DNA of 64,000 nucleotides from the human T2T-CHM13v2.0 reference genome, Homo sapiens. The notes under the pieces are model-generated. The model searched no databases. It saw nothing but the letters and a program-made list of their open reading frames with translations, and had not been told where the DNA came from. Position numbers and translations under genes: made by a program. Shown here piece after piece: positions 1 through 15,417 of this stretch (position 1 is the first letter of the stretch; the number at the start of each line of letters is the position of its first letter). The DNA is taken from NCBI RefSeq assembly GCF_009914755.1, contig NC_060941.1, one strand, 5' to 3'.

Positions 1-965
1 GTTTCTGTTTTCTAAGTTTTTTCCCCCATATATAGGCGGCTGTAATTGCTGTTTCTTCACATCTTTTGTTGTTGTTGAAAACTGGAAAATTTAAATAATA
101 TAAGGTGGCAACTCTGCAAATCAGATTTGTCCCACACCCATCTTTGTAGAGTTTGTTACTATTTGTTATTTTTATTGCAATGGTGGTATGTCTAGTACCT
201 TTCCTCGACTAATTCTGTTTAGTCTGTGTTCTTTGTCATGTTGCAGTCACCAAAATCTCTGCTTGGTTACTTTAGTCTTGAGCATATGATTAGACAGGGA
301 TTTCCTTAAGTGGTTGAAGCATAAGTCTCTCACCTTTACCTGACTTTCTAGCTCCCAAGAATATTTTGGCACTTTTCAAAGCCTCTGTAGACATCACACT
401 CCCCTTTTTTTAAGTTTTCTGGCCAGTCTCATTTGTCCCAACTAGTATAGCCATGTCAGGCAACTGTGCTATTTAAATTATTGCCACCAATTGTTTATAA
501 CAAACAACCTGAGGATAGTTTCCTCATTGAGTGACCTGAGTTGGGTTAAATGAAGACAAGCCCTGTGATTGGGACTATTCCAGGGAGCTGCCAGACAGGT
601 CAAGGAGTGACAAATCTCTGGGGATGGGGCGTCTTGGATAACTCCAAACCTATCTTGGGGGGACTCTAAATTCCTTCAGTGGTTTCTAGGCTACTGGTTG
701 TCACAGCTACTGTGGTCTCAAGGTTGCTGATTTTCAAGGCTACTGTGGAGCTGAGAAGAAAATGGGGACAGGACAAGTTAAAACACCACAAACCTTATTG
801 ATCACGGAAAGTCAGCTTTTTTCTCAAATACATTTTCTTTGGGTTGTTGCAATCGTTTGGTTAATTTCCAGAGTTTAAAAAAGTTTATTTTGATCATTCC
901 TGCCAGTGTCCTCACTGATTTTATGCAGAATCAGATATTCAAAGATCCATACTCCACCATTCTGG
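1..965 (-). mobile_element. Old L1 fragment
   Basis: T-rich strand with L1M-like motifs. Confidence 0.45.
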
Positions 966-997
966 AAATGTTTCTCTATGATTTTTTTAATGGGATA

Positions 998-1069
998 TAT
1001 AGGATTTCTCTTAAATTAATATAAGCAGCATCTATAGGATTTCTCTTAAATTAATATAAGCAGCATCTA
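998..1069. repeat. Exact 35-bp tandem duplication
   Basis: TATAGGATTTCTCTTAAATTAATATAAGCAGCATC x2. Confidence 0.95.
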
Positions 1070-1814
1070 CTACATTCACTTAGAACACTAGACATTACCA
1101 ACCATGATAGACCATCTAAATGAGAAAACTGCTTCTCTTCTCAAATTTCATAGAATGTCCATGCTGGTTTCCAAAGCACATGGCATCTACCTTCAGTAAG
1201 CAACACAGAATATTAGAACACCAGAGTTCAAGTTCGTATCTATACACTCTCCAGCTCCAACTAAGAGGGCCTAAGGGACAGACTGTTCATCAATGACTGT
1301 AGACTAATGGTTTTCGCCCCTTCAGGCCCACAGCCACTTTTTATCAGAAATATTTTTAAACATGTTTTATTATTCTAAAACACAAACAATATAACTTACG
1401 TGAGGCATATTTTTAAATCATCTATCATGATTAAAGGTATCTTTAATATCTAACTGTAATGTAACAGAGAAATAAAAGGAAGCAACTTACGGTAATGTGT
1501 AATTCAATCTGGAGATGGCCAAAACTCCTGATGACACAATCATTAGATGCTTGCATATGTACATATAATTACCATTAATGTACCCACTACAAATGCAGAC
1601 TACTGCAGTAGTTTTGACCTGGAACTCAAATGCCATGAGCAATGTTGCCACTAGTGATAGTTTTTAAAATGATAGAAAACTCTTGGTTACGTACTGAACA
1701 AAGACTACAACCTTCCCTCACTTAACTGGTAATTGCATTTTTTAGCAAATCAAGTACTGCAGATCTACAACAAAAATATAAAATGGAGTTATAATCTAAG
1801 CTCAAAAAATTATT

Positions 1815-2376
1815 GTCAACGTCCACCCGTCAGAGATCATGAGGAACAGATCTGCGGTTGAATCGAGTTGGGTTTATCAACACACTTTTACACAAGAGAG
1901 ATCACACACCATGGGGAACCATGGGGTGCCTCAGTATGAGGGTGCTGGGAAGGGCTTTTTAAAGGATTTGGGGTTGTGTTGGGTGATTTCAAGAAGGGCT
2001 CCATGAATCATGGTTTTACTCTGGATTAAGTGCTTTCAGAAAGCAAGGGAAATTCTAAATGAGTGTAAACATTGAAATTTTTAATCTAGGAGGAAGAAGG
2101 AACAGAGTGATCTAATGGGTAATGGAGCAAATATCACACATGTAAGCCAAGAGACAAGAATGTTTGGTCGCTCTATGATTTACACAGAATCTTGCTAAGT
2201 TCCAACATGCCTATGGAGTGTCTTAATTTTTGTCTTCCTCCACCACACTCAGAGTGGCCTTGTCAGATGTTGTTGTTATATAACATTGTTTATATTCAAC
2301 AGAATATAATAGCCTAGCCATTAGGGCTAAATCAGCTTCCAGCTGACAGCTGTAGGGGTTGCTCTTCCTTTCTCAT
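1815..2376. mobile_element. Probable ERV LTR fragment, family not assigned
   Basis: TG..CA bounded, LTR-like composition. Confidence 0.35.
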
Positions 2377-2814
2377 TATAAACAGGATTTCTATGTACAT
2401 AATTATTCAGCGAGGTTCAAAGAAGTCATGAGATACAGGACAATTCTTTGTTGTCTAAAACTGTCCTATGCTCTTCAGGCACCTAGCATCTCTATTCACT
2501 TTCACTCACATTTCATTGGCCATTGTTAACCACATGGCCTCAAATTAATTAAGGAAGCTGAGAAATGTAGAACAAATGGAACGTTTAGTGAGCATTACTA
2601 TCTCTACTACATGCAACCTTCAATAAATTATTTTACTTCTCTCAGTATTAGTTACCTACCTGTAACATGAGGTTACATGGTACATAATGGTCATTCTTCC
2701 CTCTTGGGGAGAATCACATGAGATAATACATAAAGGAACTTTAATAAGCTCTAAGAGTTATATAGATTTAAAAGGCCCATAGTACCTATATGTTGGAGTT
2801 AATGTGCCATCACT

Positions 2815-2817
<3 letters not shown>

Positions 2818-2851
<34 letters not shown>
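2818..2851. repeat. (AC)17 microsatellite
   Basis: Direct read. Confidence 0.97.
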
Positions 2852-2855
<4 letters not shown>

Positions 2856-2925
2856 ACCTATTTAGAGGTCTGGGTCAAAGAATACATACTCTGGGGGATG
2901 TAGAATTAGAATGTGATTTTACTAG

Positions 2926-3225
<300 letters not shown>

Positions 3226-3359
3226 TGTGATTTTACTTCCATTTTACTAGCACCATTCAGTCAATTCACCTGTATCCAAGGCTGACCCAGGGAAAAAAAA
3301 TGGAAAACCACTTATCCTCAGTCTCTCCTAATTTCTTCAGTCTTAATGAAATGATTAAA

Positions 3360-3875
3360 GTGTCACAGATTTTATTTTCTAAAGACTATCTCCCATCCCA
3401 CATACTTCTTATTATAATGTAATCTTAACACTCCTCTCATCAAGTACTGGGCTCTATGTACCCTTCTATAGAAGCTGGATGGACCTTGGTTACTGCTTCA
3501 TCCAATGAAGTATGACAGAAGACACATCATGTGAATTCCAAGACTAATCATTAAAATGCCATGCACTTCTCTTGCTCTCTTGGAAGGCTCATTGTTAGAA
3601 CCCAGTGCCAGGTTGTGAAGAAGTCAAATGTGCCCACAGGGAGAAACTACACAGTGTAGGTGTTCCAACCGAGAGCCTAGCTGAGGCCACAGCTGACAGC
3701 CAATGTCAACCTCCAGGCCAGTAGCTGAAAAGCTCCCTGCCACTCCCTGGCTCCTTCCCCAGCCATCACTGTGCTCCATCCAAATTCCTGTCCCACACAA
3801 TTTGTGAGCATAATAAAATGACTTTTCACCAGTAATTCTAGGAGTGGAATTTTACGTAGCAACAGCATCTGAACA
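3360..3875 (+). mobile_element. MLT1-type MaLR LTR
   Basis: TGT start, GTGAGCATAATAAAATG, TAGCAACAG..TGAACA end. Confidence 0.65.
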
Positions 3876-4145
3876 GTGCAACTCGGCAGCAACTACAATA
3901 TTCACTTAATTACTACATAAAGGACAACTATGTATTTACTAAATTATTACATCTCTAATACTGTACTAACAACTGGAGTTGTTAGTACAATATGGAAAGT
4001 TAGTTCAAATGGAAATAATCATGGATAATGCTCAAAGTGCACTGTATCGACAAGAATCCAGTTAGGCTATGAGCAACAGAGAAGCCAGAACATTAACACT
4101 TGAAGAAGGTAGTTCCTCCCTTCACTTTTATTAAAAGTTCAAACA

Positions 4146-4442
<297 letters not shown>

Positions 4443-5249
4443 TCAGACAAGTAGTTCAGGGCTACTATACCCACAAGATGGGATTCAGACAGTATCTACC
4501 TCATTTCTCTGCCATTCACAAAACGAAGCCTTTATCACATAGTCCAAGATGGCTGCTCTAGTTTCTGCTATTGTGTCTACCTTTCAGGAAAAAGGGGGAA
4601 GGGATGGGCGTGCCTCCTCCTTTTAAGGATACTTCCTGGAAGTGTATCCATTGGCCCAAACTTGGTGGTGTGGCCACACCAAGATACAGCAATAAAATCT
4701 AGGAAAAGTTTTATCTTTATTCCAGGATGCCATTCCCTAGCTAATTAGGTGGGAAATCTGTAGAAGGAGAAAAACGAATATTAGGGAATACAGGGTAGCT
4801 CCTACCACATGCATATTCTAAAATTCATTGTTACTTGGTTTAGGATGCAGTTCAAATAACACAGTTACCTAAAGAACTACACCAATGTATCCTTTGTTAG
4901 ACTCTCAACCCTAAAGATTTAGGTTAGATCTTTCAGATTGTATTTTAAAATGTCTTTAGTGCAGTATCAATTCTCACCAGACAGAACAGCTAAGTAAAAT
5001 AAACAAGCTCTTAACAAATTATTAATTTTTAAGAAAGGAAAGGGCATTTAGAGCAAATATTTTCTCTAAAAAATACTAATATATCATGTTTTATATCCTA
5101 CAGATATTCCTGCAATCTGTTTTCCTTGGGAAAGTCACTCATTAACCTGAAGTTCAGTTATATCATCTAAAGTATTACATATTTATCATGAGGGTTACAT
5201 GAGATTACACATGTCAAATGCCTTGTAAATAGTAGAATTTTATACAAAT

Positions 5250-6365
5250 ATAAAGTTTTGCACCTTCAAAGCTATCACTCCAATAAGACACTTATTCAAT
5301 TAAACAAATAATCTTAAAAACTATTTTAACAATGTACAAATATATTCACAACATAATCTGCTGATTAAGACTTCAACAAAGTTTATAATACCTACAACAG
5401 AATTTACAGATGCCTACAATAGTTTGTAGATTGGTTTAATTTACAGTTACATAGATTGCTTTAAGAAATACCATTAATACAAATGCATAATTTACAATAT
5501 CCCCATTATAGCAAGAAAAAAATAGATTCAGAAAATAAAATGTCTTTTAGGCATTTATTATGCCAAGTATGTAAATTATTATTCTCATTATGACATGAGA
5601 ATAATGCTCTTTTAGTGGTAAAAGATCTATTAGCTCAAGGTCCACTGAAGAACTTTCAATCTAGCTATCCTTTCTGTAAAATAAATAGAATAGCAGCAAT
5701 CTCTGGGTATTCCTTAAACTATGATGATTCCACTTATATTAACTGGGCCTTAAGTAGATAACTTCTTACAAACAAAAATAAAATTTTATAAAGTAGTTAA
5801 TACCACTGGCCCTAATTGTTTTCACTTGCTTGCATACGTCTAAGAAATTTCCCCATGAAGTACATATTAAAAACTAACAATTATTTCTAACTTATACATA
5901 AGCCAAAGTGCTCACTCTTACCATAGAAGCAAAACTTTCTCCTGAAAACAATCTACAGAAATAATATGTAAACATATAGAGCTTTGAGACAGACTAAGAA
6001 CATCCTCCTATGTTCTATGGATCAAAATGCAAAGGTCTCCATTATCTGTGTAAATGAACACTTTCATTAACTTGGGATATACAGGTATTACATGGCCGTG
6101 TGCATACCTATGGAATGTGCATACCTACACCACAGAACAAATCTTAACAATGTTTCTAGTGCCAACATATACTTTCTAGCCCCAACTGCTGGAAAGGAAA
6201 TAAAAACTTAATATGAAAACTACTTTTCCTTTTTATAAATAAAGTTTTTAAGTGGAAAAACAAAGCCAACACTCCTCGTTGCAACATGGACTAAGCTCTA
6301 AAAGGTTGAGTCAAGAATCTCTTCAGTTGTTCCCCAATGTAACAAAGCACATAAGCTTTCTCTAT
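5250..6365 (-). other. TVP23C: Probable TVP23 3' UTR; candidate poly(A) signals AATAAA (5554-5559) and ATTAAA (5435-5440)
   Basis: AT-rich non-repetitive sequence after the stop codon; 3' end is approximate. Confidence 0.5.
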
Positions 6366-6392
6366 TCAGGAAGTCTGATCATCTCCAGTGTT
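6366..6392 (-). pseudogene. TVP23C: TVP23B-like terminal coding exon (NTGDDQTS-stop) with non-canonical GG acceptor
   Basis: Minus strand ...TTTTGTCTTTTGCGG|AAC ACT GGA GAT GAT CAG ACT TCC TGA; would complete a 205-aa protein. Confidence 0.8.
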
Positions 6393-6547
6393 CCGCAAAA
6401 GACAAAAAAAGAACTCCTTAACATCAAAGTTATTTCACTTCACACACCATGGACTTGGGGCCTAGGCCTAGGAAAACATTCTATATTTCTAAGCAGAGCA
6501 TTACCTTACATACAATGGCCCAATCACATTAAAAAGTAGACATGCTA

Positions 6548-6915
<368 letters not shown>

Positions 6916-7319
6916 TCATTTGAGCAGACGCCGGATACCATGTAAGACACTAACCCTATCCATGTTATGCCAGGTTTAAGGTTTAATTTCACCTGTATTC
7001 CATGTTCCTCCCCACCTTCAGAAACACTGAAAATTCTAACGAAAAAAACCTAATAAGCACATACATGAAAGTTACCCTAAGGTGGACCACAGTAAAGGTA
7101 TATTGGAGCCATGCAAAAATCCTTCAGAATGAGATGATCATGTCCCTACATGAATATTCATTTTCTCTACTTTTCATCTTCTGTGAGAGAAACTGTACAG
7201 TAGAATAAAAAGAACAATAAATTTTGAGTACAGAGGGCTGGGTTTAAGATCTAGCTTTGTACCACTATTAGCTGTATAATCTTAAGTAAATAATTTAATT
7301 TCTCGGGGCTTTAGTTATC

Positions 7320-7490
7320 TAAAATGTAATCCCTGGACCAGTGCCCTCAGTACCACCCAGAAACTTGGGAGAAATGCAAATTATGAGACTCCACCCCCAG
7401 ATCTACTGAATAAGGAGTCTGGAGGTGGAACCCAGCAATCTTGTGCCCTCTAGGTGATTCTCATGTATGTTCGAGTTTAAGAATCCCTGT
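7320..7490. mobile_element. MER5A-like element
   Basis: AGAAATGCAAATT..CCCCAGATCTACTGAA..CTAGGTGATTCT. Confidence 0.7.
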
Positions 7491-7564
7491 CCTACATAAT
7501 ATCACTTGCCCAACCTACTGTACTAACCAAATGCAAGGTATTACTCATATAAAGACCTAGTCAC

Positions 7565-7903
<339 letters not shown>

Positions 7904-8050
7904 CTATGACTACTACTCATCCTGCTGAAAACCCTGATGTTGAGGTATTATAGTAAAATCCTTATGTTCTAGGGGGAAAAAAACATCTGAGTACAAATGT
8001 TATGGTCTTCTTGTGATTCAACTGTTCTCCCTAAAACCATACAACATACA

Positions 8051-8349
8051 GGCTGGGCACGGTGGCTCACGCCTGTAATCCCAGCACTTTGGGAGGCTGA
8101 GGTGGGCAGATCACAAGGTCATGAGATGGAGACCATCCTGGCTAACATGATGAAATCCCATCTCTACTGAAAATACAAAAAATTAGCTGGGCGTGGTGGC
8201 ATGCGCCTGTAATCCCAGCTACTCATAAGGCTGAGGCAGGAGAATCACATGAACCCGGAGGGCAGAGGTTGCAGTGAGCCGAGATTGCACCACTGCACTC
8301 CAGCCTGGGCGACAGAGCAAAACTCTGTCTCAAAAAATAAAAATAAAAA
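8051..8349 (+). mobile_element. Alu (AluS)
   Basis: Full dimer, TSD CATACAACATACA. Confidence 0.95.
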
Positions 8350-8653
8350 CATACAACATACATTCTGCAAGGGCATTCACTTAAAGCTCCCATAATTGAT
8401 GAAAAACAACTGAACTTAAAAGTAATTTTTAAAAAATAAGTTATTATCAATGATAGTTTATCCTTCCTGGCTTTAAAATAATTTTAGGATACTGACAATA
8501 CACTTCCAGACTGTCTTGAACACCCCCAAAGAGCAATTACAACATCTTTATCATTATATTTATACAACTATATGCCTTTAAAACTTCTGTTCAGGAGCGT
8601 TTCATAAAAATTAAACTATGAAAGTTAGAAATAATTGCATTAGTCACTGATCA

Positions 8654-9004
<351 letters not shown>

Positions 9005-9532
9005 TCACCCAGCAAATATTTACTGGACACAACTGCTCTATGTGCCAGGCACCATGCTAGCTGCTGGGGATGCAGTGCAGGGGGAGCCTTCTTGCTCTCT
9101 GTTTCCCATTGGTCTGTGAGTAAAGTTAGGAAAAGTAAATGAGACTCAGGAAAGGTTCAAATGTTAATTATTCCTATAGGAATTACAAAAGAACAGTCAA
9201 GAGGTAGATCAAGTTCAATAAACTGAGAGCAGGTAGGGGTGAATCTCTGCTCTACGTGACAACTGGCTTCTGGTAGAGGGGATGCAATGCCCTAAGGCAT
9301 AAATCAACCGATGCCTGCCTTCCCCGAGGAGGGAGACAGCTCCAAGGGGAACTGTACTTTTGCAGAGCTGTTTGTTCCTTTGAGTTTCATTTTCTCACCT
9401 ATGGTGATCCCACTAGGATCAATGAGAAGTGAGAAAAAGAAACTCAAAACCCATTCTTTAAAAATTTCTAATTAATCTTAATTAGAAAAATTGAGACAAT
9501 GTGAGGGATTCCCAAGGTTAAAGACTCTAATA

Positions 9533-9740
9533 CAGTGATCAGCAAAGTTCTCCTGTAAAGGGTCAAATCATAAATATTTCAGACCATACGGTCTCTGTTG
9601 CAATTACTCAACTCTGCTGTTCTAATCCAAAGGCAGCCATAGACAATATATAAGTGGGCAAGGCTGTTTTTCAATAAAAACTTACAAAAACAGGTGTCGG
9701 GCTGGATTTGGTCTGCAGGCCATAGTTTGCCAACCCTTGT
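9533..9740. mobile_element. MER58A-like (hAT) element
   Basis: CAGCAAA..TCCTGTAAAGGGTCA...GGCCATAGTTTGCCAACCC. Confidence 0.75.
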
Positions 9741-10656
9741 TCTGGAATAAACAGCTCATCGACCATTCTACTCTTTTATATCTGTGACAAGCAAAGCAGC
9801 TCAATGAAATGTCGTTTTCCAATCTAGATTTATTCTCCTTACCCTTAACAAGATGTATAGCTGATTTTAATGTTTAATTAATAGATTTAAATGTTTGATT
9901 AATGAACAGGTTCACATTCCTAGTAAAAGAAGAGGAGGTGGTACTTTCTGTTCTAAACTTATGTTTCATGGAATTAAACGTGTTAGTGTAATAAGAGGGT
10001 GCTAGTTTCCTAAATAAATATAAAACTGTGTATTTATTTGAATAAATTTCCTTTTAATTTCCCATGCTTCTCAAATGGGGCACTGCTGGGTATTGTATAT
10101 ATCAACATGCCAGGGTACACCTGAATTCAAAGACCAATCACGGGTCCTGCTAAGGCATCGATTTACTCAATGGCAACAAATGTTAAAATCTGTAAGTTAA
10201 ACTTCTGGTTTAAGATGGTGCAGTGAAGTCAGACATGAAGATCTCCCTGCCCTTAAGGTACAAACAGCAAACAGCGTTTTTAAAAACACAAATAAACTAA
10301 TACCAACAAACACAAAAAAGGGCTGGTGGCCAAAGAAAGAGCCAGGTTGGAGCAGCTCTACATAGCTCCAAACTCTGCAAAGAAGCTCTAAGGAAAATTT
10401 CACTAATAATTACCATCCCCAGGAACTTATAGAAAAGCAAAAGACCCGAGAAAAAAATGCAGAAATAGCCATGACAGCAGAAACTCCTCCCAACTAACAA
10501 TGACCCAAACAGGCAGGAAAATCCCTGCAGCTGGCCATAGTGGTGCCACCGGGTGGGAAGAAGGCAGGAGACGAAGCGCAGAAGGATCAATAATCATGAG
10601 AGATGATCATCTTAAGAGAAGTGAGGAGGTGGGAGACTCATGGAGAGACTGGGTGA

Positions 10657-11011
<355 letters not shown>

Positions 11012-11019
11012 GGTCTTAA

Positions 11020-11159
11020 CCCATTTATGCTGTAGGCTGCAATTTTGTGAATTTTTGCATGAGTGAAAAATCAGACCTTGGTGATTACCTTGAGCAGTAG
11101 GATATAAATAACTCCTACATGCTTAGCGTTCCAATAATGGAACACTAGGCATAAGTAGG
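11020..11159 (-). mobile_element. MER85 (non-autonomous piggyBac/PGBD3 element), 140 bp
   Basis: TTAA on both sides, CCCATTTATGC terminus, GTTCCAATAATGGAAC palindrome. Confidence 0.9.
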
Positions 11160-13275
11160 TTAACACAGGATCAAACTGGCTTTCACATAACCTCTCCCTG
11201 TTTTGTTTTAAGGAAGTAGAAACACTGCTAGAAAAAGACTGGGCTCACTCTCTTGGATGGATGCTAAAGCTCTAAGGTCTTACAAACAATCCAAAGCAGA
11301 AGGGAAGAACCAGAAGAGAGTGCACAGCCAACCAGCAGACAAGAGCCCCACTAAGGAAGAGAACGCAAAACCAGGCAGCCCAGCCAAGACAGCAAGAGCC
11401 TGGTAAGTTCTCCACATCGCACATCACACCTGTGTCTTCAGGCCACCAAACCCAGCACTGCAACTCCAGCTCAGAGCAGCAGCCACGTGCCTCAGACATC
11501 AGGAGAAGGTGGTCAAGGGGGATTCACCCGCACTAAACCAGCAGAAAGAGAAGGGCTGGACAGGACTGTCACTGTAAGGATAAGCAAAATGGATAAGGAA
11601 AAAGGGAAGTGCATTTATGCAAAACTATAGCGAAAAAAGAAAAAAGCAGCATAGTATACAGAAGATAGGTGAAGAATCTACTCGAAAAGAAAAAAAACCC
11701 ACCAAAATAAAAGCATTCCTGGGACTATTTCACCCTACAGAAAAACCTAAAGAAAAGAACTCAAAAAGCATGAGGGTGAGATAACAGGAGATGAAAATGG
11801 AGCTGACAAAGCTAAGGAAATACAGAGAGAAGCCTTAGCTGAGCACTTAAAATAGTTACTGTTCTCTCCTCTGCACTCTCTACCCCATTACTTTGTATCA
11901 TTAACTAACATCCCCTACTGTATTTTTTACTGTTTATCTACCTTCCACTAGAACATAAGCTCTACTGGAGCAGTCAACTTGTTTACTGTCCCCTAACTTG
12001 TCCCCCTGTGTCCCCAGACAGCTCTGACATAAGAGTGAACTCTTAAAATTGCTGAATAAATAAGGAAAAGATGAATAATTAAAGCAACAAGAAAATAGTA
12101 GATGAGAACAAATAAAAATGATCCAACATAAACGTAACTGGTACTTCAAAATAAAAGGTCAAACCATAGAACATAAATAAATGCAAAGATTTAACAGAAA
12201 AAATTTTCCTGATTCCAAGCAAAACTTTAGTCTGCCTGTCAGAAAGGCACAGACTCCAGAAAACTTGATATGGAAAGATAAATACAAATACATCTGGGTT
12301 ACATGAACTAAAAAAAAAAACACCTTATGAGGAGAGATTACAAAGGTTAAGTAAGCCTGGCCTCAGACTTCTCCAAGATATTCAGTGAAAGAAAATGATG
12401 GAATAGCATCCTCCAAAAAGAAACAAACTGTGACCCAAGAATATTAATCCAGCCAGGTCATCATTTAAGAATAGTCAATAGGCTCATATGTTTAAACATG
12501 AGTCAAAAGAAAATGTAGCCAACCAATAAGTAAAAGGAGAAGCTGCAATAAGACTGGTGATAGGCAATGAATTGACTTTTTTAAAAAACAGATCAAAGAC
12601 TGAACAACCAGTAAGAAATATGTTTTCAAAAGATAACTATTATAAAACTTGGTAACACAAAAATAACATTGGAACAAACAAGAGAGAAAGGAGGAAACTC
12701 ATAGGAAGGAATATGAGTGTTTATTTTCTTCCCTTTCTAAACAGAGTCTATTAAGTCAATAAACAGGTTTAAGTACATTAATTAATGTTACAAAGAAAAC
12801 CACTAGAAGGACTAAAATAAGACTATAATAAGCAAAACTCTAGAGGTAGGAGGAGGGAGAAGTTAAAGAAACCATATTAGCGTAAAGTTTCCCATTTTCC
12901 AGAGCAGGAACTCCATAAATACTGAATACATTTCCTAATTCATGAAAGAGGGTAATGATATAACATATAAAGTAATTAAAGGTAACTACCAGAAGAACTG
13001 AAAAAAGACAATAAGCTTCCAATAAGCTTCCAAATCCAAAGAAGGAAAGTATGAATGTATGAGCACACACAAAGAAAAAAAGAATCTATATCACAAAATA
13101 GGACTAAGAAAATACTACAAATTAGGAGGAAAAACATAATTAAGGCCAAAATATATCTGATATCAATAAATATTGTGTGAAAATTCACACAATATTTATT
13201 CATATCAGATATAAGATAGAATAAGAAAAAACAATATGAGATATAAAAAAGAGTAAGACTCACAAATTGGGTCAA

Positions 13276-13772
13276 GTGACAAACTATATTTTCCAAAGAC
13301 AGCAGCAACAATATCTCCTCTTCCACAAAGTCTTCTAGCACCTTCTTATTCCTTATCAAGAGTAGAGCCTAATTCCCATTTCCTTGAATGTGAGTGGGCA
13401 GCAGAAGCAATGCTATGACATCTTAGGCTAGATTGTAAAAGCTTGTGAGCTAGAACACCCCACAAGTGAAGTACTGGGCTGCCACGTAAGCAGTCCCACC
13501 ACCATGAGGCCACCATGCCATGAGGAAGCCCAAACCAAGGCACATGGAAAAACATGTGGAGAGGCCATGGGACCTCATGAAGAGGAGATGGCTCACAACC
13601 CCCATCATTCCAACTACTGTCTGACTACAACTACTCAAGACCCCAAGCCAGAATCTCCCAGCAGAGCCCTTCCCAAGATCCTGACCCATAGAAACTGTGA
13701 GATAATGGCTGTTGTTGCTCTAAGCCACTATGTTTTGGGGTGATTTGTTAGGCAGCAATAGGTAACCAAAAC
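13276..13772 (+). mobile_element. MLT1-type MaLR LTR
   Basis: TGTGAGGAAGCCC-like core, AGAAACTGTGAGATAAT, GCAGCAATAGGTAACCAAAACA end. Confidence 0.7.
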
Positions 13773-13948
13773 AGATTACCAACCATTATTTCCAGAAAAG
13801 ACCACTAATATCCTAGAAAACTGGTGGGAAGGGGTTTTTTAGGATCTCTTCTCCAGTATTATAGAGAAAGGTAAAGTTGGGAAGCAAAACTTGGGAATTA
13901 CATGATGAAGCTGCCTATTCAAGATAGGTCCCTAATGATAAGGACTCA

Positions 13949-14155
<207 letters not shown>

Positions 14156-15273
14156 CTATAAAAGAACATAAATTCAATTATCATGTTGTGAAATTTATCA
14201 ATAAAAAGTTCAACATATTTAATAAAAAACATATTACCCACAAGTTCAAATATTAATACACATAGCCCAACTCCTAAGTTAGAACCCAAAAATACATGAC
14301 TATCACTCTCGTAATTTTAGGAACTGATCTATATTAACTCAAGAATTTTGCATTTTCAGGGCAGGATGGATGGTTTACCACAACTCATGACAGTAAAGAG
14401 TGGTCTCTGATAGGCTTCTATTCAATTCTTCTTGCACTTGTACTATTTATTCATAAGGAAGCTCTAAATGATACCTTTCTGACCAATGATCAAGGAAATC
14501 ACAGTTATAATCATTCTGGAGACTAAAAGGTCAAATTAGGGTCCAGAGGGGAAAAAAAAAACGGAATCAAGGGATTCTGGACAATAATCAAAATGTCTTA
14601 GCAATACCCAGGAATTTACAAGGGTGGTAAGTTGTTTCCAAGGTAGATTCCATAATATAAAGGAATACAGGCTCATTGAACACAGTGCCACTTTCTTAAA
14701 ATAACTTGTCAATACCCTTGGTGTACTGTCGCCAAGAATTTGGTCCTCTGCTTCCAAAACTTATTTCCACAAGGAAAGTGAATATTCACTATAGTGTAGC
14801 AGGCTAACCCAAAACAGACCAGGATCCCCAGGGCTCCTGAAGGCAGAAGCTTAGGAATAGAGTGCTCCAATCAGATATTCTATCCAGCTGCACTCCTCCT
14901 CCTTTTTCCTGCCCAGAAATGAAAGACGACCACAGGAGCAAAGACAGAACAAGATGTTAAAAGCAGTTATCTGCTGAGCATAGAGGGATTTATGGAGACA
15001 CTAACAAAGGCAACACAGAGATCTTTTATCAGCAATCCCTGACAGGCAGCTTAGCACACTGTATGAACTCAGACCCAGTGTCTTCCCTCAAAGGATTCTG
15101 TTCGTATATTGCTTGTTTCTGGTCTGAACTAGACAGAAAAATGCATTAAATTCTAGAAGGCCATCTCCTTTAGTGCTGACATGCCAAGTGATTTGGTATA
15201 GTGTTTTTAATTCTGAATACTTCATCTTCCAGTATTTAAATATAGTCTACAAATAATTTAGCTGATAACATTA

Positions 15274-15417
<144 letters not shown>

